64,000 bases of DNA from positions 116,378 to 180,377 of the IMG/VR virus record IMGVR_UViG_3300024239_000355, one strand, 5' to 3'. This document shows, piece by piece, positions 35,664 to 46,900 of this stretch. The notes below the pieces were generated by a model. The model was given only the letters and a program-made list of their open reading frames with translations. It was not told where the DNA came from and did no database searches. The translations under genes were made by a program, and so were the position numbers. Positions within the stretch are counted from its first letter, which is position 1. Each line of letters opens with the position of its first letter. Source of the stretch: a virus.

Positions 35664-38561
35664 TTACACCTTCTTGAAAGACAGTGCCGTAATAGACTGT
35701 CCGGAAGTAAGCTTAAACCGAACCAAAATAATGTTGTTGGTCGCATTGGTTGAGGTTTCAGTACCAAACGTTGCTGTATAAGTCCCAGCATTTCCATTCA
35801 TAACCGATCCCAATGCACATCCAGACGATCCATTCTGTCCGGGAACACCGTTACCATTATATAGCTGATACATGTCCCACCAACCATTGGGGGCAGTTCC
35901 AACGGCAATCCCTGGCATCTTCACCCAACACCCAGTATAGGTGCCGGTGACTTGAATTTTGAACTGTGACACGGCGCTACGACGGAACATAAAGGTCACG
36001 TATTGGTTTGCTGCGCCAGATGACCGATCTATTCCAACCGGGAGATACCCCGTGCTGTAATTAGTGACATCATGCTTCAAAACACCACCAACAACCATTG
36101 CTTCGTGATCCGCTGCCGTAACGGTCGATACCCAGTCAGGTACCGTTAAGGATGCCTTGTCATCAGCCGGGGTATCACCGGTTGCCATGGTGACACGACC
36201 AGCATTTGTCTGGGCACCGGACGGGATCACACCCATAGTGGCATCCACCGGGATCGACATTTCAATAACCGCCGAGGACGGCGAACCCGACATAACGTTG
36301 ATCTTTGTAGCAATGGCGCTTGCGGCGCTATCTGCTGCTGCATTACGGGCTTTTACCGAAATCTGCGATGTGGCATGCACCGTCCCAGACAAGGTAACCG
36401 TCTGCGTGAAACTCTGCGCTGCCATGTTCTTCGAGAACTGGGCGGGTAAACCACCAGCGCCAGGGTTTACATCAACCTGTGCGGAAACCGCCGGGGACGA
36501 TGTGATTTGCAGAACACTGGACCCGAGATAAGTTTGCCCAACCAAGCCGGATACCGAGCCAGAAATCGTAAGAACGGCGTTGGCGTTGTAGTGTGGTACA
36601 CCGCTCGAATATACCATAGTACCCGGTGTGGTTTGGACGACTGCCGTACCAGACAAAGTGGGGGCAGTCCCGAGGTCATCATAGACCACGACCAGCGAAT
36701 TAGTCGTTCCGGTTTCGCTGTGCTGCATCTTGAGGCTGTTCACACCAACTAGCAGCGTCCCATTGATATTGGCGTCCAAGTCTTCCCAGAACCCAGGGGT
36801 AGATGACGGATAAGCACCATTGCGTGTAATCTGCAAGCTGCCGTTGGTCCCGGTATTGTCGGATGAATCAAGCGTGATCTGTCCCACCGCAGTTCCGTTG
36901 ACCATTGCCGTAAGAGTGCCGCTATTACCGCTTCCAAAACTGGTCACAGCATCCGTCGATACCGATGCGGTACCAACACGAAGCACCTGGGTTCCTGCCG
37001 CTGTGCCAGTGGTGGCATTGTCGGTCACACCAGACGCCAACAGAATGTTCGAACCCCCACGAGTATTCACAGCAGACGAAATAACCAACATCTTAGTGGA
37101 CAACGCAGGCGGGGAAGGTGGGAGAAGCAGACCAAGAATTTCATTCAGGTCATCAACCGCGTCACTGATCTTTGTTGTCCCAGCGATCCAAGTTTTCACC
37201 GCCGGGTCTTTACCAGCGCGTCCATCAGTCAACGAGCCATCAGTTGGAGTATCAATGAATTGTGATCCGCCGCCGGATGCTGCCGCATCACGCCAGAAAA
37301 GGTTTCCAAGACCATCGGTCGAAAGAACCTGATTTTCAGACCCATCCGCACTCGGGAAAGTAAACCCATTGATGATCACCTTACCCGGACCCACACCACC
37401 GGTCCCGGCACGAATAACAACATTCCCGCTGTTGGTTGACGATCCGGTTTCTGGTGTGAACCCATTACCACCTTCAAGAACTAAATCGCCTGCATTTTCA
37501 ACATCAGTACCATCACCACCTTTAAGCTTCAATTCACTGCCGTAGAACGCTTGAATTGCCCCCGGTCCAGTACCATCAATTTCAACATACCCAGTGCCAC
37601 GCGGGTTCAAAATGATGTTTTCAGCATCCTCGCTGTAAATCTCATAACCATTAACGCCTAGATCACCACCAAGCTTTGGCGCGATGTCCTCTACAACAGA
37701 ACCAATACCCGCACCGCCGCCGCCAGCACCGGACACCTGAATACCCTTGGTCGCGCTGAGCTTGATGTAAAGTGGCTTTGCATTCGCAGGCTTGGATGCC
37801 GTCAAGGCACCAACACTGTCTAGATAAATGAAAGCGCCGTCAGTACCGACCGTGCTTAAATCCACATCAACTAAACGTCCAATTGGGCGATACGTAAAGT
37901 TTTCTGGACCCGGAATGCCGATTGATGAGACAAAACCCACAATACGCTGAACTGCATCAGTCGCAGCAGTTGCCTTTTCATAACCGGTCGGAGTCAGTAT
38001 CAGGGGATCATTTACCGCGAAACCATGCCCTGGCTGTATAACAGGGACATACGTAGTAATCTGATTACGAAGACGAAATCGACTTTCTATTTGCTGCGTC
38101 ACATAAGGAGATACAAGATCACTGATGTTATGGAACACCGGCAATCCATCATCAGAAAGTTCAGCGACGAAACAATCAAAATTCCCAGGCGAACTCGCCC
38201 CACCAATTCCGGAACCAGTTTGTACCGGGTCCACGAACAAGTTAAAACGATCAACGTCTTCAACTACGCATTTGACATAAGCATCAGATTGCGTGGTATT
38301 ATCAACTGATACAATTTTTAATCCGAATTTTTCATTCCCGAAAATAAGCCAATTATCAACAGTAATATCAAAGCCATTAAAAGTAAATGGCGTTGTGGTC
38401 GCATGACTGGAATGAGACTGAGCCTCAACCGTCATTTCAACTTCCCACTGATATGGCATCCCAACCCACGGGTCTCCCGTCGCATCATCGGTAGTCCAAA
38501 ATGCGACGGGATTAATGGAGGTGACCTCAACTCTCAGACATTTAGGCGGACGAATAGCCAT
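35664..38561 (-). CDS. Large fibre/baseplate structural protein (965 aa)
   Basis: PKLGGDL.VNG and FP..DG...QVL.TDG modules. C-terminal half paralogous to the 32512 gene. Confidence 0.75.
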   Translation of the reverse strand: MAIRPPKCLRVEVTSINPVAFWTTDDATGDPWVGMPYQWEVEMTVEAQSHSSHATTTPFTFNGFDITVDNWLIFGNEKFGLKIVSVDNTTQSDAYVKCVVEDVDRFNLFVDPVQTGSGIGGASSPGNFDCFVAELSDDGLPVFHNISDLVSPYVTQQIESRFRLRNQITTYVPVIQPGHGFAVNDPLILTPTGYEKATAATDAVQRIVGFVSSIGIPGPENFTYRPIGRLVDVDLSTVGTDGAFIYLDSVGALTASKPANAKPLYIKLSATKGIQVSGAGGGGAGIGSVVEDIAPKLGGDLGVNGYEIYSEDAENIILNPRGTGYVEIDGTGPGAIQAFYGSELKLKGGDGTDVENAGDLVLEGGNGFTPETGSSTNSGNVVIRAGTGGVGPGKVIINGFTFPSADGSENQVLSTDGLGNLFWRDAAASGGGSQFIDTPTDGSLTDGRAGKDPAVKTWIAGTTKISDAVDDLNEILGLLLPPSPPALSTKMLVISSAVNTRGGSNILLASGVTDNATTGTAAGTQVLRVGTASVSTDAVTSFGSGNSGTLTAMVNGTAVGQITLDSSDNTGTNGSLQITRNGAYPSSTPGFWEDLDANINGTLLVGVNSLKMQHSETGTTNSLVVVYDDLGTAPTLSGTAVVQTTPGTMVYSSGVPHYNANAVLTISGSVSGLVGQTYLGSSVLQITSSPAVSAQVDVNPGAGGLPAQFSKNMAAQSFTQTVTLSGTVHATSQISVKARNAAADSAASAIATKINVMSGSPSSAVIEMSIPVDATMGVIPSGAQTNAGRVTMATGDTPADDKASLTVPDWVSTVTAADHEAMVVGGVLKHDVTNYSTGYLPVGIDRSSGAANQYVTFMFRRSAVSQFKIQVTGTYTGCWVKMPGIAVGTAPNGWWDMYQLYNGNGVPGQNGSSGCALGSVMNGNAGTYTATFGTETSTNATNNIILVRFKLTSGQSITALSFKKV

Positions 38562-38574
38562 TTACGTGTCCTCT

Positions 38575-41500
38575 TTAGAAGAAGAATACTGCTTTGAACT
38601 CACCATCATTGATGGTACCGTAGTTCGCGGGTGTACTGGTTGCTGTCAAGAACATCTGAGCGCCATCGTATTCAAGATCGGCAATAGAAGTCGAATTGCG
38701 TTGCTGATAACGAGTTCCCGATGTTGATGTTTTACCCCAGAAAGTTGCCAGCACAGGAGTAGAACCGACATTATGTGTAATGGTGATGACACTACTCGAA
38801 TAGGTTGCTGCCCAACCAGATGGCACCGTGAAGTTAGTTGGCACCGCCGCAACGTAGCCGACAATTACTTCATACTTGGTCAGTCCACCGCTACCACCCG
38901 ATGCCACCGCCACATTAGCAACACCAGAGCCGCCATCGGTTACCGTGACCGCAGAGCCGGTGAAGTTAATAGTGGTGGCACCAGCAACAATAGACGTACC
39001 ATCCTTCTTAACATCTACACCGCCCGTGCTTGGTCCACCGCCATTGGTATCCCATGTAAAAGCAGAACCAGTCCATTTCAGGTAAGTATTAGTGCCCGTT
39101 GGGGCGAGGCTGGTTAACGCACTCGTACCATTACCAAGGATCAGGGCGTTGGCTGTGAATGTGGTCGCACCGGTACCGCCCTTCGCAACACCCAGCGTAC
39201 CGCCAATGTTGTTCAACGACAGGTTGGCTTCATTGACATCAACCGAAGCAGCAGTCAACACAGCCCCAGTGCCACCAGTGACCGATACCTTATTTGAACC
39301 AGCAGTCAAATTAGCTCCGGTCGGCGCCCCACTAGCAGCAGCCCATGTAAACGCGGAACCATTCCACTTCAAATAAGTATCTGCGGTAGTTGGCGCAGCG
39401 GTTGCGCTGATACCACCCGTCCCATTTCCAAGCAACACACCATTAGTGGTGAGTGTTGTTACACCCGTACCACCCTTTGCAACACCCAGGGTGCCACCAA
39501 TGTTGTTGAGAGCCAAATTGGCTTCAACTACATCAATATCAATTTCATTATTTGTCGTATCATCGGCAACCGAAATCTTAGTAGACCCTGCATTGATTTT
39601 TTTGAATTCAAGGGTACCGCCATTTACTTGTTTGAACACACCAACACCAGAATTTCCGATGTTAGATGCGGATGCCGATGCGGTTACCTCTGCCCATTCA
39701 AACGCGGTTCCGTTCCAATGCAGATAGGTATTAGAAGACGACGGAGCCACAGTGGTGGTCAATGCATTCGCACCATTACCGATCACAACACCATTGATCG
39801 TAAAGGTAGCAACACCAGTACCGCCCTTATTGACGTTCAACGTGCCACCCAGGTTGTTCAAGCCGATATTGGCTTCCACAACATCAACCGTCACATCATC
39901 AGTTGTGGTGGCAACCGAAACCTTGGACGAAGCCGCCTTCAGTGTACGGAATTCCAAAATACCCGCATTTTCTTGCTTGTATATCGCAGACCCAGTACCA
40001 ACGTTGTTTGCACCGGACACGTCACCCGTACCACCCGACACAGTAGCAAATTCCAGCCCGGTGCCATCCGTCTTCACACGAACATACTGACCAACAGCGC
40101 CAGTGTACGAAGACGGCGTATCGGTCAGACCCAGGAACGTAGTCGCACCACCGGTCGCGGAAACTGCCTTGGCAATCCACTTGCTGGTTGCGGTATCCCA
40201 GGTAAGAACATGCTGATCAGTCGGAGAAGCTGCATTGACATCCGCGAGGTCATCGAGACCAACCACACGCCCGGAAAGATCGCTGTAAAGACCGCTGGTG
40301 GCGACCGCAGCAAAGTTCGGCTTGTTGGTAAGATCAGCATAGCTGCCAGTCTTAGCGACATTCGCCGCGCCCGACAGATCATTGATGCTCCCAGTGGTTG
40401 CAACAGTTGCCAACGCAGTAAAATCCAGTCCAGTAGCCCCGCTATTGACGGTCACTACTTTATTGGCATGCCCTGTATACGCAGTCGGGGTATCCGTAAG
40501 CCCAAGGAAATCAGACGAGCCAGAACCACCCGTTGCCGAAATTGTTACTGTAGTACCATCGCTTGCCAGGGTGACATTAGAACCCGCAACCAGCGACTTG
40601 AAGTTCAAGGTCGCGCCAGTTTTCCCAGCATAGAGACCTGTACCAATACCTAGATTTGCACCATCATTGGCTTCACCACCAGAACCACCAGAGCCAGGGG
40701 TCGCCCAGGACAAATTCCCAGCACCATCCGTTGCAAGGAACTGACCATTGGTGCCGTCTGCCGAAGGCATCACTAAACCATTCAGGGTAACGGTGCCCTG
40801 TGCTGTCAGATTGGTAAAGGTGCCAGCGGCAGCAATAGACCCACCGATGATCGCACCATTAATAGTGCCGCCGGTAATGGATACTGCATTGGCATTCTGG
40901 ATTGCCATTGTACCAAGACCAAGCACCGACCGAGCGCCAGCCTGATTGGTAGTGACATCAACACCAAACCCACCATTTGCAGCAGAAAGCGGTCCACCGC
41001 CCAATGCATTGCGGTCGATATTGGCTTCAACAACATCAACCTCAACGGTCCCACCGGTATTACCAACAGTTACTTTGTTGCTCTTTGCAGCAAGAGAGCG
41101 AATTTCAATATTGGTGCCGCTCATACCCTGGTAAATCGGAGTACCGGAACCAACGCTGACACCATTGTTCACTTCACCCGACCCACCAGAGCCAGTAACG
41201 GTTGACCAGTACAGTGCGCCAGCACCATCCGTGGTCAATACTTGCCCATTGGTGCCATCAGCGGACGGCCATGCCATCCCATCAAGAACAACTTGACCAG
41301 AACCATTCGGGCTGATGTAGATATCACCGTTACTTACCGATGTAATAGCATGACCATTTACATCAAGATCACCACCAAGCTGCGGCGCAGTATCGGAAAT
41401 TATCGACGCCATACCAGACCCAGAACCGTCAATTATAACTGCATTCGACGTTTCGGTAATCGTAATATTCGAACCGGCTTTGATGCGCTTGAATGGCAAA

Positions 41501-42537
41501 TCGGTTCCGTTCTTAGTCCCAACTATACTTACACCATCACTTTCGGTACCAAGTGCCGATGTGGTATTTGCCTCACCCACATCCGCCGAAATCGTGATCA
41601 CACCCGCATCTTCACCAACCGAAATCGACCCACCACCCTGGATGGTCTTAAACTGCATTTGTCGATCAACAACACCCGAAAACACGGCAATACCAGATGC
41701 ACCAACGTTCGTACCACCAGTAATATCACTGGAAGCATCAATTAAGATGCTATTGGCATTCTCGGTCAGCGTGACGTTCGACCCTGCTTCAAGCGTGCGA
41801 AAATTCAGCACTGCACCAGCTTTGTCGCGGTATATTGAGCGGCCAGTACCCAAATTGTTACCAACATTCACTTCGCCAGTTGACGCGGCGCTGATAATAA
41901 TTTCCTGTCCGTCCTGGGTGATTGAAATGTTGGCACCTTCAGTCAAACGCTTAAACTGAAGATTGGAACCATTCTTCCCAGCGAAGATTTCCGCTTTACC
42001 GGCGCCAGCAATTCCGAGATTCAAACCATCGTTGGTTTCAGCCGTGGTGTGGATAACAACATCACCACCAACCTGTTCTACCGAGATTGCACCAGTGCCT
42101 TTAATATTACGAAACTCAAGGGCAGACCCGGTTTTTTGCGCGAATAGTGCCGCGCCAGTACCAATGTTCGATGCATTGGTTATCCCTGTGCTGTCAATGG
42201 TGATCGAATTTGGACCAACAACTAGATCGATATTGTTTCCAGCAATAAGACTTTTAAACTGAAGGTCTACGCCAGATTTTTGCGCGAACAATCCAACACC
42301 AGTTCCAAGATTAGAAGCAGTGTTTACTTCACCACTCGTCCCCTGGGCAGCCGCCGAAATCACAATCTTCTTCTGGGAAGTTGCAAAAAGATTTTGGTCA
42401 GCATCAACTACTTGAATAGAAATACCGGGACCAGCTTCCAAACCACGAAGAACAAGAAAACCACGGTCGGGATCAAAGCGATCTACGATATCAATGCCGT
42501 TGCTTTCCGATGTGGTGGATAGGACTTTATCAATCAT
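38575..42537 (-). CDS. Long repetitive fibre protein (about 1320 aa)
   Basis: About ten N.G.G...K.G..L.F repeats and L.V.KGGTG repeats. GGAG SD before ATG 42537. Late motif at 42573. Confidence 0.78.
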   Translation of the reverse strand: MIDKVLSTTSESNGIDIVDRFDPDRGFLVLRGLEAGPGISIQVVDADQNLFATSQKKIVISAAAQGTSGEVNTASNLGTGVGLFAQKSGVDLQFKSLIAGNNIDLVVGPNSITIDSTGITNASNIGTGAALFAQKTGSALEFRNIKGTGAISVEQVGGDVVIHTTAETNDGLNLGIAGAGKAEIFAGKNGSNLQFKRLTEGANISITQDGQEIIISAASTGEVNVGNNLGTGRSIYRDKAGAVLNFRTLEAGSNVTLTENANSILIDASSDITGGTNVGASGIAVFSGVVDRQMQFKTIQGGGSISVGEDAGVITISADVGEANTTSALGTESDGVSIVGTKNGTDLPFKRIKAGSNITITETSNAVIIDGSGSGMASIISDTAPQLGGDLDVNGHAITSVSNGDIYISPNGSGQVVLDGMAWPSADGTNGQVLTTDGAGALYWSTVTGSGGSGEVNNGVSVGSGTPIYQGMSGTNIEIRSLAAKSNKVTVGNTGGTVEVDVVEANIDRNALGGGPLSAANGGFGVDVTTNQAGARSVLGLGTMAIQNANAVSITGGTINGAIIGGSIAAAGTFTNLTAQGTVTLNGLVMPSADGTNGQFLATDGAGNLSWATPGSGGSGGEANDGANLGIGTGLYAGKTGATLNFKSLVAGSNVTLASDGTTVTISATGGSGSSDFLGLTDTPTAYTGHANKVVTVNSGATGLDFTALATVATTGSINDLSGAANVAKTGSYADLTNKPNFAAVATSGLYSDLSGRVVGLDDLADVNAASPTDQHVLTWDTATSKWIAKAVSATGGATTFLGLTDTPSSYTGAVGQYVRVKTDGTGLEFATVSGGTGDVSGANNVGTGSAIYKQENAGILEFRTLKAASSKVSVATTTDDVTVDVVEANIGLNNLGGTLNVNKGGTGVATFTINGVVIGNGANALTTTVAPSSSNTYLHWNGTAFEWAEVTASASASNIGNSGVGVFKQVNGGTLEFKKINAGSTKISVADDTTNNEIDIDVVEANLALNNIGGTLGVAKGGTGVTTLTTNGVLLGNGTGGISATAAPTTADTYLKWNGSAFTWAAASGAPTGANLTAGSNKVSVTGGTGAVLTAASVDVNEANLSLNNIGGTLGVAKGGTGATTFTANALILGNGTSALTSLAPTGTNTYLKWTGSAFTWDTNGGGPSTGGVDVKKDGTSIVAGATTINFTGSAVTVTDGGSGVANVAVASGGSGGLTKYEVIVGYVAAVPTNFTVPSGWAATYSSSVITITHNVGSTPVLATFWGKTSTSGTRYQQRNSTSIADLEYDGAQMFLTATSTPANYGTINDGEFKAVFFF

Positions 42538-42594
42538 ATGTGCGTCTCCCGGTAAATATTCGATCCACCTCTTATTTAGTTGAACCAACGAATC

Positions 42595-42631
42595 CAAAAA
42601 ACCTAAGGGGTGGTTTTCACCACCCCTTAGA
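42595..42631 (-). terminator. Intrinsic terminator
   Basis: CTAAGGGGTGGT-TTTC-ACCACCCCTTAG with A6 on +. Confidence 0.7.
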
Positions 42632-42634
42632 TAC

Positions 42635-43948
42635 TTATGTATATCGTAGACCCATCAATCGTACTGCACCCGTCTGGCGCAATGCTCGGGACACATACTC
42701 CGAATATAGCAATCTGTTTGGGGTACCTGCTATGATTTGGTCAGCCTCCGGGTTAAAACATCCTGTGGTGGCATTTGCAACAATCCAATCATGTATTTCT
42801 TGGACATAGGTTGCAGTGGTCCCAATATCATATTTTTGAAGACGAAGGGCAACAACACCAGCAACATGCGGCGTTGCCATACTCGTACCGCTCATTCGAG
42901 TACCGTATCCCTCCATCATTGCCGACGCACAAATATCGTACCCCGGCGCAACCACATCAATCATCGTACCATAATTAGTGGACTCCCAAAAAGAGTCATA
43001 CATATCAGCACGATCAACCCCAATATTAGCATTACCAAACGCACACGCTGCAACCGTAATTGCACGTGCAATTTCCGCCGGGTATTCATCATTCCCAGGA
43101 GCATCCAAATTTAACCCACTATTACCGGCGGCAGCACAAACGACGATCCCATTGTTGATACAACTATCCACCGCAACATTCAGAGCAGTATCGTCTCCAC
43201 CAAGACTAAGGTTCATAACCGAGGGACGTTTATTTCCCGAGGAAATTTTTGCCAAATGATGGGTTAAGGCAGCATCAATACCATTAAGTACAGATTCATA
43301 AGTTGTTGATGATGATGAATCAAACACACGACATACCTGAATAGTCGCACCCTTTGCAACCCCGAAAAACGAACTCGCAATTATCGACGCAACATGCGTC
43401 CCGTGTCCGTTCACATCAACCCCATACGCTTCATCACCCACCGTGCGATAACTGTCATGCAACATATTATAACGTCCGGAAAATTGGGTTATCGGTGCCA
43501 ACCCAGTATCCACCACATAAACATCAACACCAGACCCATCCCTAACATAGAAATAATCCGATGTACGAGGGTATTCGTCACCGGTTGGTGCCAGCCATGC
43601 CGTTGGCATATCAGTAATCTTACGGCGACAAATACGAGCAAGTCCCCAGTTACCACCCCATCCATTGGAAAGAAGCGAAATATTCTGCGTCGGACCACCT
43701 TCCAAGGTCATGACGTGCGGTTCAGTACCGTGGCTCACGGTACCCAAACTCACAATAGTACCCGCCAGTTTGATCGAATACGTGCGTGTGTCGTTCTGAA
43801 CACGAACCGCAATATCAGGGGGACATTCGATGACAATATGCTGATATAACGCACCATAGTCGTTGACGATATCCGCCCCTAATGAGGTAAGATAAGGCAG
43901 GTATTCTGCCTTATCCACACCCTTCTGCATTACAACAATGTACCGCAT
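42635..43948 (-). CDS. Subtilisin-like S8 serine protease (proteinase K-like) with I9-like propeptide
   Basis: VYVVDTG, GHGTHVAS, NLSLG, AAAGN, SGTSMATPHVAG: complete catalytic triad. Confidence 0.93.
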   Translation of the reverse strand: MRYIVVMQKGVDKAEYLPYLTSLGADIVNDYGALYQHIVIECPPDIAVRVQNDTRTYSIKLAGTIVSLGTVSHGTEPHVMTLEGGPTQNISLLSNGWGGNWGLARICRRKITDMPTAWLAPTGDEYPRTSDYFYVRDGSGVDVYVVDTGLAPITQFSGRYNMLHDSYRTVGDEAYGVDVNGHGTHVASIIASSFFGVAKGATIQVCRVFDSSSSTTYESVLNGIDAALTHHLAKISSGNKRPSVMNLSLGGDDTALNVAVDSCINNGIVVCAAAGNSGLNLDAPGNDEYPAEIARAITVAACAFGNANIGVDRADMYDSFWESTNYGTMIDVVAPGYDICASAMMEGYGTRMSGTSMATPHVAGVVALRLQKYDIGTTATYVQEIHDWIVANATTGCFNPEADQIIAGTPNRLLYSEYVSRALRQTGAVRLMGLRYT

Positions 43949-43951
43949 GGA

Positions 43952-46900
43952 TTACATCCAATTCCGAGTGCTATATTTGATAACAGGATCATCACCCGTC
44001 GCAGTCGAAGTATATTGAAGATTAATCAGACTACCAACACAGGTGACACTAATAGTCACACCGATTGTTCCCCCTACATCAACCCCGGTATCGACCAATG
44101 CCACGGTTGACCCAGTACGAGCAATAAGCAATGTGCCCGTGCGAGCAGACGTTCCGCGAGAAATTGAGTAATCGACATACAATGCAGTCGCCTCAATTGC
44201 CGCAATCGTCGCAGCGGTAATTTGATTGTCATTGAGGTCAACAGTAGTCAATCGACCATAAGTCACCCCACCAAGGATCACGACACCAGTAGAAGCACCA
44301 CCAGTACCACCATCAATAACAATATTTCCGGAATTAAAAGACCCCGACCCTGCGCCACCTTGCAGAATTAGGTCACCCGCATGACCGCTCTGCCCGGCGC
44401 CGCCCTTGACCGTCAAATCAAACGTCGGATCAGGTTCCAGGGCGCCAACCGAAGCCCCACCAAATCGTACCTGTCCAGTACCATCCGGAGCAAAAACTAT
44501 ATCCTTGTTCGAGGTGGAAACGATGCGGTAATCACCAACATCCAAATCACCACCCAACACCGGAGCCGTTTCATTCGTCAACCCAGAAACAACAATAGTC
44601 CCGGCACCGGTCGAATTTGTCGTATAGACCGATGACCCAATGAGATAGACTTCAATATTGTTGGTCGAAGTTGCCGTTAGATTAATAATAGACGAGCCAA
44701 ACACCTCTACCAGGGAATACAATCCACCGAAGTCGAAGATAGCCTCGTTATCATTCAAAACCAAACTATTGAACTGGCTATTGAAGATATTTACCTTCAC
44801 GCCCGCAATAGTTACCGTTGCTGGGCTGATATGCCCGCTGATGCGAATACGATCACGCCCCGCACCATCGCCATATATTTCGGTTCCGGATAGATCAGAA
44901 CAATTCTCCATAATTACGGTCATCGGGAATGCAACGGGAGTCACACGATCTGCCGCAACATGTTCAATAGCAAGTCCAGAGTCGGCAAAATCAATGTTCT
45001 TTAGAGCAATCACACCACCTTCGGTATGATCAATCGTCAATGAAACCGGAGCATAACCACCGCCACCGTCACTCCGACGAATAATCGTATGAGCCGTAGT
45101 CGTACCAAAAACACTCACATTCGGTTTAAGAACAAACGACACATCCTCATCATACAAACCGGGTCCGACCAACACTGCGTACTGATCAATCATCGTTGCA
45201 TCCGAAATTGCGTCTATAGCCGCTTGGACAGTCAAGTATGGACGCCCTAGTGATCCGTCCGCTGTGCTATTATTCCCGTTCTTACCCACGTGAACAGTAT
45301 GGCGGATTGCCGGAACAGTCGCACTAGCAAGCTTTGTATCAATTGCCGAAAGATGCGCAGTAATTGTCGTATCGACCGGAACGTAATTTTCAGCAATATG
45401 GTTTGTCTTGACGCCTTGACCAGTAAGAACAGAGTCAATACCAGCCAAGTGATCACTGACTGTATTCGTCGCAGCGGTGTAATTCACAGCAACATGTGAA
45501 GTGGGTAATGCCTGGGCAGTCAACTTGGCATCAATACCCGTGAGGTGCGCCTTCAGATTGTCACCAGACACCGTATAATTGATCGGGGTGTACGTAGTTG
45601 CAAAATCGTTTGCTGGAATGGCATCAAGGATATCCACGGTGGCTGCGCCGCCGAGAAGCCCACCGTTCTGCTGGAACATCTTATAGGTTGAACCATCAAC
45701 GCGGAAACTATTGGCTGGACCGCTGAAGACCCCAGACACGCTGGAACCGAAAATGCCGCTCGGGGTGCCGATGCTGGTATCCACCGCCGAAGTTACAGTC
45801 ATTCCAGAAATCTTGCTGTTCTTAATCGCGCCAAACGACTTGACCGCCACCAACGCATTGAACACCGTATCAGACACGTCGTACAGACGACCTTCCGTCA
45901 CCGAAATCTGATCGCCAGTATAGACATTGTGGAAATAGAGTCCTACCTCACTGGTCTGGGTGCCCGAAATGGTGCCAAGTACACGCGCATTAACCAAGCA
46001 CACATCGACCGCCGACGCCGTAGCAGACGGGCTAAACACGATATTACCAGAAACAGTCACCCCATTCGCAGCGGCACTGCGATCCTGACCCGCAGTGACT
46101 TCACCATGCCCTATGATGCTGAAGCATGGACGAAGTTCCGACGACAGAACGGTAGCCCCATCCGTGTTGATTACGATGTTGCGCGGAACTGTTGGTGCAA
46201 CCGCATCCCCCAGGGTCCACGGACCAAGCCCGAACAGGGTCACAGTGCGCCCGGCTGGAACCGACAGGTTCTCGTTGTAAATACCCGGAGCGATATGTAC
46301 CAACCACCGCTTATTTTGCTCAGCAGCAGTTTTAGCGGTAGCGCCAATCACGTCCAGAGCCTTTTGGATAGTCAAGTACGGCGCATTAGCATCACCGGTA
46401 TTGGCATCACTACCGTTCTTGTCCACGAACACCACTTGCTGATAGCGCACCAACCCGGTGTTTGACGCCAGAACCGCAAGCTTAGAGTCAATCCCAGCCA
46501 AATGACCTGGGATAGTATCTTCGGTGATGTTGTAGGAAGACGGACTGTAGTTGGCCTTAATGTCAGTACCCACACGACCATAGAACGAGCGTGTACCGGT
46601 CAAAACGTCCGCAGCCGGATTGCGTGCTACGTCATTGAGAACGTAGGAGCATGCACCAGTTTTGCTAATGGCACCATAGGTTCCATCGGTCTGAACCAAA
46701 CTTACATTATCAAGCGTCAGGCGGTTACCGATGGCAGTACCGACCGGTGCGTTCGAAACAATAGAATTGCCCGCGAATTTGGCAATACGACCCACGTTGC
46801 GCAGAGTCAGCATACCAGCTTCATGGGTCACCACGCCGATTTCAGCGCAGTTCTCAACGATAGTGACGGCACTTTCTTTCTTGGTGGTGATGCGGGCATT

